Shown here: positions 14,686 through 28,283 of the stretch, one piece after another | Numbering within the stretch: the stretch's first letter is position 1 | Layout of the letters: every line of letters starts with the position of its first letter | Assembly (NCBI RefSeq): GCF_006345805.1 | Contig: NC_042997.1 | Span: forward strand, 174,530,001-174,594,000 | Source: Octopus sinensis | Taxonomy: Eukaryota | DNA length: 64,000 nt | Reading direction: 5' to 3' | Made by a program: the position numbers and the translations under genes | Notes under the pieces: generated by a model | The model's database searches: none | What the model saw: the letters and a program-made list of their open reading frames with translations, nothing else | What the model was told of the DNA's origin: nothing

Positions 14686-15560
14686 TCTTTTTTATTCTCC
14701 CTAATATTTATCGCGTATATGCCCATAAACATGTGTAGCAGTAGTAGTAGTAGCAACAGCAACAGCAGCAGCCGCAACAGCAGTGGTTGTGGTGGTGGTG
14801 GTATTGATGATGGTGGTGCCGATGGCATTGGTAAAATGGTGAACTTGTCAAATATATCGCCTTTTACAAGAGCATCGCTGTTGTAAACAGTTTGAAGTAG
14901 TTTAACATAAAAACAATATATAGTTTCTACAACAAGTAGAGCAACGAACAGCTTGTCCTGGCGGGGTTATATTATTACATCACAACAAACAATGAATGGT
15001 GACAGTTCAATTTCATAATTACATGCCGCTATTGGCTTTCTTCGACATAATCTATTTGGAATAGGTAATGTCGTAAAAATGCTTTCAACGCATCCAATTT
15101 ATGATGCTATTTCTTGGCATAAGCGGCATAAATTCTTGGCAAAACTATTCTCGTCGATGTGGAGCTCTATGACAAAACGAAGTAGTTTCAATATTCGATC
15201 GTAACATTGCAATTTATGTAACGACGGAACTTTTAAGAGTAAATATAAAATTTAAAACAACGACTTTCATTCATATTGCCCTGTTGTATTTCATTGCTGC
15301 GCAGTTAAGGTATTTCTTTTTGCATCACACACACACACACACACGTGTGTGTGTGTATGTTTGTATGTGTATATATATATGTATGTGTATATGTATATAT
15401 ATGTATATATATTTACATATGTATATATGTATGTATATATATATATGTATATATATATATAATATATATATAGATACGTATTTATATTTACATATGTATA
15501 TATGTATATATATATATATATATATATAGATATGTATTTATATTTACATATGTATATATG

Positions 15561-15597
<37 letters not shown>

Positions 15598-16987
15598 ATG
15601 TGTGTGTATGCAAACACACACTCATACACAAACATATACATATGCACACACACGTATAAAATTCGAAAGGTGTGTAAAGTATCACAAGAGACAAGCTGGA
15701 CACACACACATACATACACGTGTGTGCGTGTATGTGCGTATGTGTGTGTGTGCGCGTGTGTGTGTGCGCGTGTGTGTTTGTCCATTTTATTTCTGTTTAT
15801 GTTTCTGATACTTTACACGTCTTACTCACTTTGATAAATTGGTAACAGAGTATTTTATGGCAGAGAAATTAAGATGGAACGGAGCTTCGTTGGTCACCTG
15901 ATACAAGCTTCGTAAGATAGCTATGGATACCGAGAAAAATGTTATGTCAACAATTTCGCTATTTTTCTTAGTTAAAATATTCGTAAGAAGGTAGCGCTTA
16001 GCCTCTGACAACGTTGGAATCGAAATCTGCCGAATATATGCTTGATAGTTTTTGGAGTCCTTCTACTGGGTCATGATTTCAAAAGATCTGAGACATCACA
16101 TCACCTACATTTGTTAATTGTTGTTCTTTAGTCCCAGGTTGACCCTAACTGAGTATACCGTTGATCATAAGCGTTTTATCCGTGATCGTCAAACCTTTCT
16201 TTATAAATCTATGGATAAGTTTCTCTTGTTCGTATTTCCGTTCCTGATTAAAGATAATATGTGTAATTTGAGGTTATTTAGCTGCTGTTTCCAGCAGGTC
16301 TAACGAATTACCTAGCATCGGCCTCTACACTCTTATAAGTAGCTATAATAATCATTACTAAATTTCAAAAACCAATTCACTTCTTTCCAATGAAAATTCT
16401 TTTGTATCTATTCAAAAATGGCCTAAACTATTTTATAATAATCAAATATTACTAATGAGGAACATAAAACATAGGGAGGTTAGATCATCAGTTAAAATCC
16501 CTCGCAACATTTGTTCTGACACTTAACGTTTTCAGTTCAAATCCAACCTTCCTTATCCATGGTTCATACAATAAACTGTCAAATCAAGTACTTGAGCCCG
16601 TATAATCCACTTCTCCACTCCTCTAATTTTAGATGTGGATATTGTCATTCTGATTGCATATCGCTTTGATATATAAAGCTTGGGATATTTGTGACTTACC
16701 TAAATCGAATGTTTACAGATTTTGTACAGAATGGTTTCAAATTGTAGCACAATACCAGTAAATTCGGAGGAGACGCTAAGTTGATCACATCGACCCCAAT
16801 GCTTATCTGGTATTTATTTTAACGACCCCGAAAGAATGGAAAGTAAAGTCAGCCTAGGAGCAATTTGAACTCAGGACGTGAAGACGGACAAAATGCCGCT
16901 AGCACTTTTCCCGGTGTGCTAACAGCTCTGCCAGTTTTCCGCCAGATTTTGTACATAATAATATTGCGCATTTAACGAATTTAAAGA

Positions 16988-18037
16988 TAACAGGAGCACT
17001 CAGAGAGTGCAAAACACCGCCAAGGCAACCAACTTCCTCACAACGAGTAGCCGGAGATGGTTTTTAAAATGAGAATACCTGAAATAAACTTGACTGCTCT
17101 CACAAACGAGAATACGTAAAATGAACCCGACCGCTCTCAAAAATTAAGTAAAAATACCAGAAAAATAATCTAGAATCCTTGTCCGGTACATGATTGATCC
17201 CAGCGGTAGTCATGGAATGTGAAGGTGAGTGTACGGGTCATGTTTGTAATGCTGTGTGCGTGTCATCTGCAGTGGGAACAGGGACAGTTTTCTCTATGAA
17301 GGCTTTTTTAGTCTATCCACTGATATAGTTCTTTTACAACCATTAAGGTCCACAGGGAAAATTTATCCGTGCGCGTAAGAAAACGGAAAGGACCTGCATA
17401 CGGTGCTGTTAACGGAGGTTTAACAACATCGTTGCGCACAAAAACATGAGTCCAAAAAGTGAATCTTCCTTCAAGGCAGAGCTAGAAATGCAATTGTGAA
17501 GTAGGTAAGAGGTTTTAAACCAGAGTGATATATTCAAAATTGGTAAAACTAAAAATTGTCAAGGATGAATTTATTATTGTTACTGAATATTTTAGTTATT
17601 TAATTTCTGAACGGTTGCGCTGCTGTTTGTTTATGTAGTTTGATTTCTTTATCCATCGGTTTCTACTAAGATAGAGACGCGAGTAAAATTAATTATAGAG
17701 AAACGAATATAAAACTTTGGAAACAGCAACGCAACAATAGTTTACGTGGAAACCATGAGCATGCTTTCATGGGAGATAATCAGGGATAGACTTGAAAGAA
17801 CATGAGATTGTGATACTTCGTATGAAATAATGTAAATATAACAAATATTCCAGAATCTTTGTCCGGTACCGGATTGATCCCCAAATCTAATCAGTTCGTG
17901 CCAATTACGAAGCCAAACATCCCTGAAAGTTTCATCCGAATCCATCCAGCGGTTCTTGAGATATCTTGTCCACGGACAAACAAACAAACAAACACGACTG
18001 AAAACAATACCTCCGCCTTCGCTAAGGCGGAGGTAAT
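16988..18037 (+). mobile_element. Helentron/Helitron2-type non-autonomous element(s), interrupted or composite
   Basis: 5' hairpin gcact-cagag-agtgc plus sub-terminal aacaccgccaagg. (caaa)n before a 3' 12-bp stem tacctccgcctt-cgct-aaggcggaggta (18008-35). Confidence 0.7.
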
Positions 18038-18291
18038 GACACCATGCACGCTAAAAATTGGTAATACCTTAGCTTCTTAGCAGTTTTTACATAGTTAAAT
18101 TATCAGAAATGGCCGTGACGTTTGTAAAATTTGTTAACATGATGTTGTATAGTATAATATTTATATTGATTAAGAAGAAAGAATTGTCAAAAGAATGTCA
18201 TAAACATATTTCTAAACATAGGCTTGCTAAATCAAAGCCAACTCGTAGCTAAAAACATAAAGAACATACTCAAGCAATATATATGATGTGA

Positions 18292-18368
<77 letters not shown>

Positions 18369-18419
18369 GCGTGTGTATGTTCTGGGTGATTGGTTACTTA
18401 GGTATGTATGCATGTGTGT

Positions 18420-18516
18420 ATCTCATTATTCAGTTTTATTTCAAGGTTTCTTGCCAATAGAAAAAGAGCCGGTTTCTAATCTAGATTCAAGGCTCCTTCA
18501 TTGGAATTTCAACATT
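18420..18516 (+). repeat. ~95-bp element abutting (TATG)n; second copy at 25493-25585 (-)
   Basis: tcagttttatttcaag...cttgccaatag...aaggctccttcattggaat occurs in both orientations, each next to a TATG array. Possibly a LINE 3' end. Confidence 0.7.
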
Positions 18517-18914
18517 TGTATGTATGTATGTATGTATGTATGTATGTATGTATGTATGTATGTACGTACGTACGTACGTACGTACCTATGTATGTATGTA
18601 TGTATGTATGTATGTATGTATGTATGTATGTATGTATGTATGTATGCATGTATGTATGTACGTATGTATGTATTTGTATATGTATATATATATATATATG
18701 GACAATATCACACGTGGATGGAGGATAACAGGTTTTATCATTAGATCACATTTGTTTCTACACTGAACTCCAGCTTTAAGTTACTCTTACTCTTTTACTC
18801 TTTGACTGTGTCCATGCTGGAGCATATATATATGTATACATGTATGTTTGCAAATATGTATATCTGTACATGCATCTGTATGTATGCATGTATGTGTGTG
18901 TGGATGAAAGCGAG

Positions 18915-19335
18915 TGGCAGCTGCAAAGCAAATGTCAGTATTGTGGATCAGGAACATACAGTTAACTATCCCGTGGAATTCATTTATATCCTCAACTCTA
19001 TCAATGCAAATACTTCAACTGAAAAGCTTCGTCCAGTAATACTGCTGTGTCATTTATGTGTACCTAAAACTGACTTACAGTAAAGCATTTTATACTACAC
19101 AACATCGCTATTACTATTGTCTCTGTGTGAAGCAAAAAGAGATGATGCTATGATATCCAAAATTCTATCCATGCCAACAGAGCTGCGTTTTTGGTTTCGA
19201 GGTCTTCAGATTCCAGATCATCCAAGTCTTGCTATTTCAATCAGCAAATCCCAAAGGCAAATAGTACTACATCCCGGGGAATACTACTTTGCTAATGGTG
19301 AATTGCTTGTAGATTGCTTAAGTGTTGGAGACATT
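18915..19335 (+). pseudogene. Helitron Pif1-like helicase C-terminal remnant
   Basis: Frameshifted VDQEHTVNYPVEF..LNS, PVILLCHLCVPK, MPTELRFWFRGLQIP, LAISISKSQRQ and YFANGELLVDCLSVG match the Pif1 motifs YPxEFLNS, PIILLRNL, FxRxQFP, AFAxTINKSQGQ and FSHGQLYVAxSRV. Confidence 0.85.
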
Positions 19336-19953
19336 CCCTTAATCTCGTTCTTTACATTATTGATGATAAAATCATAGGTATTGAGTATCCCGAGGTGATA
19401 ACATGGCAATCTTACGAATTGCCTAAACTATAATGGATGTTAATCTAAATTTATGTAAACAAGGGTTCGTCGCAATCTTATTATCATATCTGCAAGTATT
19501 GCAGTTCCAATATTTGTATTAGTGTTTCCTCTGGGCACTCTGGTTTCTGCACGTTATAGGAATAATTATATTATTCTAAGAGTGATTTACCTCCCGATAA
19601 TCCAGTTTCTATTCACTGCTCAAAATATTGTAAGAATTAAAATAGTTTAAGAATATGATAAAATATATTAAGTTCGAATGAAATATAACTGTTATTACGA
19701 TGAAAGTAAAGAAAGTTTGCTTTAGAAGCATTAAGATGTCTAGAAAGTTAAGGAAGTAATTTTTTATTCTCAAACGCAGGATAATGCTAATAATATAGCA
19801 TGAACAGGATAAACTTACCCATATTTTGCAGAAAAATGTGTCGGCAGCAGAGTTCTGTAATATGATGGAATTGCATATGTCATATATGCAATTAAACTGC
19901 TAATTATGCGAAAAACTATTCTGCTCATATATATATATATATATATATCTATA

Positions 19954-20009
<56 letters not shown>

Positions 20010-20054
20010 CTGTTTTGTGAAGAGATAAAATGAGTGTATAAGCGTGCTGTGATA

Positions 20055-20470
20055 CATTTCTTTACTACCCACAAGGGGCCAAACATAAAAGGGACAAACA
20101 AGAACAGACAAAGGGATTAAGTCGATTACATCGACCCCAGTGCGAAACTGGTACTATATTTATCTACCCCGAAAGGATGCAAGGCAAAGTCGACCTGGGC
20201 GGGATTTGAACTCAGAACGTAACGACAGACGAAATACTTATTTCTTTACTACCCACAAGGGGCTAAACACAGAGGGAACAAACGAGGACAGACAAACAGA
20301 TTAAGTCGATTAGATCGACCCCAGTGCGTAACTGGTATTTAATTGATCGACCCCGAAAGGATGAAAGGCAAAGTCGACCCCGGCGGAATTTGAACTCAGA
20401 ACGTAACGGCAGACGAAATACGGCTACGCATTTCGCCCGGCGTGCTAACGTTTCTGCCAGCTCGCCGCCT
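20055..20470 (-). mobile_element. SINE family A, head + two units
   Basis: Same architecture. 18-bp TSD tataagcg(tg/at)ctgtgata (20037-54, 20471-88). Confidence 0.92.
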
Positions 20471-21329
20471 TATAAGCGATCTGTGATAGGTACTGTAAGA
20501 GTTTTTGTAGAATATCAATAAACAGATCTGTTCGATAATTAGAATAATGTAGAAGGAGCCAATTAAAAGCTAAACTTTGTAACGATAGTTATAGCGCAGG
20601 GCGTAGTTTTGTGTAAGAATTTTGACCTGAAACATGTGGTGCCTATTTTGAAGATGCTAGAAATTCAATAGCGAGGAATAATTGCTTGATGCACTGGCCG
20701 AGCAAATAAAAACGCAACAGTTTCACGATTAGTTCAAGCATCTTAAACCTCTAGGAACGGGTGTATATCACGAGCGAGTGAAGGTCATATAGTTTGAGGA
20801 GTAAGTGATAACAAAATCTAAGGTATGAAAGATGTATGAGTTCTTTAAAAATATAACAGGAGCCTCCATTAGAAGTTCTCGTAAAACTGTTATCACATAA
20901 ATAAATAGTAATATTAGAACGACAAGGGAAAAACAAATTGCCCGATTTTTGTGAAAGAACATGAAAAAGGAGGGATTTGGAGGTACAAACTGATTAACTG
21001 AGACTCGATTTAAATTATAAATATCTTCAAAATGTGCTGATTTGGCAAGAATATCTGTTTATTTTTCTTCGGCAAATATTCAAGAATCAGCTAATTACAC
21101 TGCAAGTATTTATGTGTATCTAGCAGCATTTCTTCTTCCCTACAGCTATAATGTATGGCTTTCTATAAACAACTAAACACACACTGACGCACACATACAC
21201 ACAAACACACAGGCATACACTCACACAAGCACTGACGCACACACACACACACACTCACACATATAACCGTCTAAGAATCCATAAGTCAAAAACATATGCA
21301 CTCGTATATTTGTCAATAGAGTGGGTATA

Positions 21330-21600
21330 TTAATCGAAGTTTACCCGTTTGATATACTCATTACAGCCGATCTTCCCATCGGTATTTCGCTTGGGATTTA
21401 ACGGAGACATTGGGTGCACAGCTAAAGGAAAAACTCATGGTATTTTTCTACTAAGCTAAGGAAAATCTTACCTACGCTTAAAAAGAAGGGTGGTGTAAAC
21501 CACGACTCTTTCTGGTGGCGTTTTCTCTTGGAATGGTAAGGGTCTGGCATATTACTAATATTACAAAGCCTCATTATAGCAGGGGCCGGCGCCGCCCCGA
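21330..21600 (-). mobile_element. Penelope-like element ORF remnant
   Basis: KRKRHQKESWFTPPFFLSVGKIFLSLVEKY followed by SCAPNV resembles the PLE linker RKRxIxWFNPPF...GKxFLxLIDKHF...SYSCMPN. Confidence 0.65.
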
Positions 21601-21808
21601 CACTCTGGCCGCCAGCGGTTTTAAGGAAAGGATTAGTCATACGCTACACCCTAATCTCTAAATGCTACTATTGGGTTGACACAGAAACTTAAAATTCTGC
21701 ATGTAAGTCTCCATACTTGTATCAGTCAATAAATATAATCATCTATTTATAACGATAATGAGGCCTAGTTCTTGTGTCGTTACACGTGATATGTTTATAT
21801 ACATGCGC

Positions 21809-21870
<62 letters not shown>

Positions 21871-22359
21871 AACCATTGTACATATATGTGTTACAGCGAC
21901 GAGTGTTCCAGATGATCCGATCAACGAACAAGCCTGTTCATGAAATTAACGAGGTTCTTAGGGGACACAGAATTTGACAAAATTGGTCCTTTGAAATACA
22001 TGTACAACTAATTTTTGTTAAGTGGACATACTGTCAATATGTATGCATGTCATCTACATATAATTTACCTACCTTACTCCTTTCCATCTATATCTCTCTC
22101 CTCTTTTTTCCCCTTTCTCTGTACTGATACACACATACATGTGTGTGTGTGTATGTATGCATGTATGTATGTGCATATATGTGTGTGTGCATATATGTGT
22201 ATGTGCATATGTGTGTGGGGGGAGGAGAGAGAGGGGGAGAAAGACCCACAAAGTGTTGTAGGAAGACAGATGTATACATCTGTATATACAAACCAATATA
22301 TGTAGTATAGCATAGAAATATTTCTTTTTACCACTATTTGTCTTTTCTCGTTATATATA

Positions 22360-22447
<88 letters not shown>

Positions 22448-24093
22448 TGTGTGTGTGTGTGTGTGTGTGTGCGGTGCGCGTATGTGTCTTTGTATGAATG
22501 CTTGTGTTTCTCTGTGTGAATAAATGTAGCTTAAGCGAAAAAAGAATTCCGTGCAATTCTAATAGCTCATTTAATAGCTGGATATTTTATGCATCAGTTA
22601 CATTACAACTATTAGTTTCCCCGTTTCCGGTTCCTCAGGTAATAAAAAGGCAATGTAACATTAAATAATATAGTCCCACAAATCCCTAAAAACACGGAAT
22701 GGTAACGGTTGAAATGCTTTTGGTCATAATTTTTCTCAATAAAAGCTAACCTGACGTTAAACATCAACACCACCAGTAACATATATTATATAGAATTATC
22801 TAGTATTTTGATATGCATCTTCTTACAGGCTACTGCCGAACGAAAGTAATACGAGAGAGAAAAGTTTAGTATAAACACATTTCCTAATTGCTATGAAACC
22901 CTAGAGTTGCTCCGGAGGAGAGGGATAGGTTTCCAAAAGTCGGATTTAATGTGTTTGCTCTGAGATCTCTTCAAAACAGCGCACGGAAACGTTCTACTTC
23001 CAAACTAGGGGATTTTAACCATCAGGTTTAGTTTTGTGTCATTTATGGAAATAATCGGTCTGAAAATCACTTCTCAGGTTGTTATTTTGGTTGATGTTTT
23101 TGTTGGTGTTTTGATTCATATTAACTTTGATTAACTTTGATCTGCGGTCAACTTATAATATACGATATCTGAAAAACAATGATGGAATCATTGTTTTTCA
23201 GATATCGTATATTATATACCACATTAGCCAATATATTTATCTGAAGAACATTTGGCTTTTTATTTCTTACCGATCGAATGGCCGCACAGAGATTCCTTCG
23301 ATGCGTAACACCTACCTAGGTACGTATACCTATATATACATAGAGGCGTGACTGTATGGCAAGAAGCTTGCTTACCAGCCACATGGTTTCGGGTTCAGTC
23401 CCACTGTGAGGGACCTTGGGCAAGTGTCTTTTACTATAGCCTCGGGCCGACCAAAAGGCTCATATGTCTATAGCAATCATCCTGAATTACCATAGTGCCT
23501 TCGACATGTAACAACTCAATCACCAGATATCTAACCATGTCTACCTGATAAGTAACACCTATTCTGAAATGTATTAAAGCCTTGTTTTATATTTACCCAA
23601 TTCCGATACTCGTACAGATATCGGTGGATACTTATTTAGAAAAATTCTTGCGACGAACAAAGATTTATTTAGCTGTTTCCAAGGACTACTTGGTATGACA
23701 CTTGACATTGTTGGTTGAATAGTCTAAGCAGCTGTACAGTGATCGTCATCGAAGAGAATATTAAATAGAATTTTACATAGCATTGTTGATATTAAAAGCA
23801 ATAGTGATAAACAAAATGTACTCCGAAATTGCTCATTTGAAAAATAACCTGAATGCCAGTAACAGTTCAAAGAGGCTAGAAAAATAACACCGGATGCATT
23901 ACACAGGTAGTCTTGCTGTGTGCCATTGTTTGAAAGAAACCGTGTTAAAATTTATCTTACTCTACGAACAAAAGGCATCTTTCTCTTATGAAAAATTAGT
24001 CTTGTAGGTCGTTTTTAAGTAGGGCTAGTTAAAGTGGGTAATTATTTAAAAGAACAAAGGTCTTTGTGTGTGTGTGTGTTTATATATATATAT

Positions 24094-24139
<46 letters not shown>

Positions 24140-24161
24140 TAATATATATGTATGTATTACG

Positions 24162-24197
<36 letters not shown>

Positions 24198-24216
24198 CGT
24201 ATACCTATATATACAG

Positions 24217-24373
24217 AGAGACGTGACTGTATGGTAAGAAGCTTGCTTACCAGCCACATGGTGGTTTCGGGTTCAGTCCCACTGTGTGAGACCTTGGGCA
24301 AGTGTCTTCTACTATAGCCTCGGGCCGACCAAAACCTTATGAGTGGATTATGTAGTCGTATATACACACACAC

Positions 24374-24406
<33 letters not shown>

Positions 24407-24648
24407 TGTATGTATGTATGTATGTATGTATGTATGTATGTATATATGTATGTACATTTGTGTGTCTGTGCTTGTCCCTGTACCATCGCTTGACAACCGA
24501 TGCCGGTGTGTTTACACTCCCGTAACTTAGCGGTTCGGCCAAAAAAATAGAATAATTATTACACTTACAAAGAATAAGTCCTAGGATCGATTCGTTCGAC
24601 TAAAGGTGGCGCTCCAGCATGGCCGCAGTCAAAAAGTAAAAGTATAAA
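24217..24648 (+). mobile_element. SINE family B with (TATG)n linker
   Basis: Head, ccttgggcaagtgtcttctactatagcc core, 3' half and tail all present. Confidence 0.85.
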
Positions 24649-24649
24649 A

Positions 24650-24693
<44 letters not shown>

Positions 24694-25650
24694 GAAGAAG
24701 GAAGAATTGTTAAATAAGGGGTACTATATCCTCCTATTTTTGCGGGCGATTAACCTCTGGAAACGGCCGTTGGTAACCTATTTTAGCAATTTTTAACTAT
24801 CCTGACTTTTAATTTCTTTCCTCCTATCTTTTATTTCGCTTTCATCACAACTTCAGACCTTCTTCAATATATTTACGTATACATGTATATTTTAATGTAT
24901 TTATGTCTGCATCTAAATTTCTTTTAATCTATTAGCTTACATATATATTTTTAATACATTTATTTATTCATAGATTTTTTTAAAGCCTATGGATTTATCG
25001 ATTTTTAATGTATCAAAAATACTTGTTCTTTCAATTCATCTGAAATCGGAGTCATGTTTATGGATTAAATTACCTGGTCTTACGGTTCTTCACCTATATT
25101 TTTATCTTTTGTCTCAAGTTCCTCTTGAGCACTTCTAAGTGCAAACCTCAATTTTGTGAGAGATTTTATATATATGTATATATATATATACGCTCTGTAT
25201 ATTATATATACTATGAATATCATTGATAGAAGATATATTCTTAATCAAGCTCACTGGAACTGTGAAAATCATCTAAAACTCCCTAAAAGTTTATCATTTG
25301 AATATATATGAGCATGTCTAGATAGGCAACTATATGCATGAGAATATAAAGCATAAAGCAAAACATACAAATCTGCACACATACATACATATATGCATAC
25401 ATACATACATACATACATACATACATACATACATACATACATACATACATACATACATACATACATACATACAAGCAAAAATCCCCTATTGTTGATGTTC
25501 AGATTCCAATGAAGGAGCCTTGAATCTAGGCTAGAAACCAGTTCTTTCTCTATTGGCAAGATATCTTGAAATAAAACTGAACAATGACATACATAGATAT
25601 GGGATGCATATAAAAGACAGTTCTGCTGTAGAATACATACTTACGAGCAC

Positions 25651-25755
25651 AAGGAATATTGGTGGAACTTGCTCATCGAAATTTATAAAGAGTGCACACA
25701 TAATAGACTTGACACAATTATTTGGGATGAAAAGTCATGTACAATAATAGACGTA
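25651..25755 (+). mobile_element. RLE-type LINE endonuclease fragment
   Basis: KEYWWNLLIEIYKECTHNRLDTIIWDEKSCTIIDV resembles HNRPDI..WD...C.IID. Cut off by the SINE at about 25762. Confidence 0.65.
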
Positions 25756-25761
25756 AGGCTC

Positions 25762-25947
25762 AAGCATGGCTGTGTGATAAGAAGCTTGCTTCCCAACCAC
25801 ATGATTAAAGGTTCAGTCCCACAGTGTGGCAGCTTGGACAAGTGTCTTTAACCCTATCCTTGGGTCAAACCAAAGTCTCGAGAGTGGATTTGGTAGAAGG
25901 AAACATACAAAAGCTCGTCGTATATACACACACACACGCACACACAC

Positions 25948-26010
<63 letters not shown>

Positions 26011-26210
26011 TTTGTGTCTGTGTTTGTCTCCCCACCATCACTTGCCGAGTGATGTCGGTGAGTTTACGTCCCCGTAACTTAGCGGTTCAGCAAAAGAGAC
26101 TGAAAGAATAAGTACAAAGAATAGTTCCTGAGGTCAATTTTTCGACTAAAATCCCTTGAAGGCGGTGCTCCAGCATGGCCGCAGTAAAATAAGTGAAACA
26201 AGTAAAAGAG
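25762..26210 (+). mobile_element. SINE family B
   Basis: Same modules; (CA)(TA)(TG) linker. Confidence 0.85.
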
Positions 26211-26521
26211 ATAGAGTTAGTTGCTCTGCAGTTAGGGACAACTCTTCCAAAATCTTTGTGAAAGAAAATAACTATGAACTTCTTTGAAACCTGCAACTGC
26301 TTCGAAACCTGCAACTCCTCTACTCTGATAATAAATTTACATTCTTATCAATCGGTGCACTCATTTATGATAATAAATACCTAAGCTACAATGGGAAACA
26401 TTAGGAATTTCAAGGCAAGAAAGTAATTGGCTAACGCAATGTAATCTATAAGTGAAATAGTAAAAATATGCAAGACTTTCTTAAAGTTCGAAATTTTATA
26501 ATTATGATTTTTATTATCCAA

Positions 26522-26905
26522 CTAGCAGTATCGCCCGGCGTTGCTCAGGTTTGTAAGGGAAATAACTATAAAGCATTTTTAGAGAGTTATAGCCAAAAAA
26601 TAGCAAAAAAAATGGAAAAAAAATGATGGTAAATTTTTTTGAGAGTTAAAGAAGGTGGAGTTGCGTCTCCTAGACGGTCTGTGGTTTGGGTTTCTGATTC
26701 TCGACCCCATGTCGAATTTATCGATTTTTTTTAGAACTGGGGGAACTTTTCAAAATTTTCGCTGCGTTAGTTTTGAATTATGACATTGGGCTATGTGTGT
26801 GTCAAGTTTCATCAGAATCGGTTGAAAGCCGTGGTCAGGGTGAGGGTACGAGAAAACAGACACACAGAAAACGCACAGACAAACTGCCGTTTATATAGAG
26901 AGAGA
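26522..26905 (-). mobile_element. Non-autonomous Helitron
   Basis: On the minus strand A|TCTCTCTCTATATAAA ... cctgagcaacgccgggcgatactgCTAG|T. The last ~65 bp are nearly identical to 61633-61698. Confidence 0.88.
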
Positions 26906-27120
26906 TTTCTAATAATGGATCTTTCATTTATTTTTTCTTTGAAAACAAAAACCATCATTCCTGAAAGAATATTTTATCGTATATTTTTTACTTGTTCATA
27001 GCATAGAATTGTGGCTATGCGGGGGCAACACCTTGAAGAGTTTATTGGAATAAATCAACTGATTTTCAAGTCGAACTAAGTCGAACAAATCAATATACTT
27101 TTTAATGTAGTACTTATTCT

Positions 27121-27457
27121 TATTTCTTTATTGCCCACAATGGGCTAATTTATCGACCCCGAAAGGATGAAAGGCAAAGTCGACCTCGATAGAATTTGAA
27201 CTCGGAATGCAGCGGCGGACGAAATACCTATTTCTATTTCTTTATTACCCACAAGGGGCTAAACATAGAGGGGACAAACAAGGACAGACAAGTCGCTTAC
27301 ATCGACCCCAGTGCGTAACTGGTACTTAATTTATCGACCCCGAAAGGATGAAAGGCAAAGTCAACAACGATGGAATTTGAACTCGGAATGCAGCGTCGGA
27401 CGAAATACCACAAAGCATTTCGCCCGGCATGCTAACGTTCCTGTCAGCTCGCCGCCT
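27121..27457 (-). mobile_element. SINE family A, head + two units (distal unit internally deleted), nested in a degenerate family B copy
   Basis: Same junction. 12-bp TSD tgtagtacttat (27106-17, 27459-70). Confidence 0.9.
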
Positions 27458-28219
27458 TTGTAGTACTTATGTAGTACTTCAATGTGGTACTTGTTCTATG
27501 GGCCTTTTTTTCGAACAGCTAAGAGGATGTAGGCAAAGCAACACCGGTTGTCAAGCTATGGCCAGGGACAAACACAAACACACACACTTACAAACACACA
27601 AATATGCACGCACAAACGCACACACACACACACACACACATTACGAAGGGCTTCCTTATAGTTTCTGCCAAAATATTACTGACTCGGGTCTATCTATGGT
27701 AGAAGGCAGTTGCCCGTACACACACACAAACATACATACACACACACACGCACACACACACACACACGTACAAATATCCATACATACACATGTACGTACA
27801 CACATACACACATATACACACATACATTATGTAACTAAATAAGTGGCCTTATCAATTTATATATGGATGGAAGGATTGAGGGATGGAAGTGTAGATGTAT
27901 AGAGAAGGCTAAAGTCGTACATGTGTGTCCCCTCCCTCCGCCGAATAGGGAGGGGGTAGCGGAGGAGAATACAAGCGATTTCTTTAACATGTTTGTTTAG
28001 TTGAAAGGATGCTACTTTTCAGCTAAATAAATGTCAAGCTCTCAATGGCACTTGGCGAAACGACAGCCTGTGAAACATTCAAGACGATTTGAACGAAACA
28101 GCATCTGTGTGTTTAGTCGGTCTCGTTTTCATTGGTAACATTTTACATCCTTACCTACCGCTTGCATACCATGTTCCAGCCACACCCGTCGCAACCCAAC
28201 ACTCTTCTCTCTATTCCCC

Positions 28220-28223
28220 ACTA

Positions 28224-28283
<60 letters not shown>

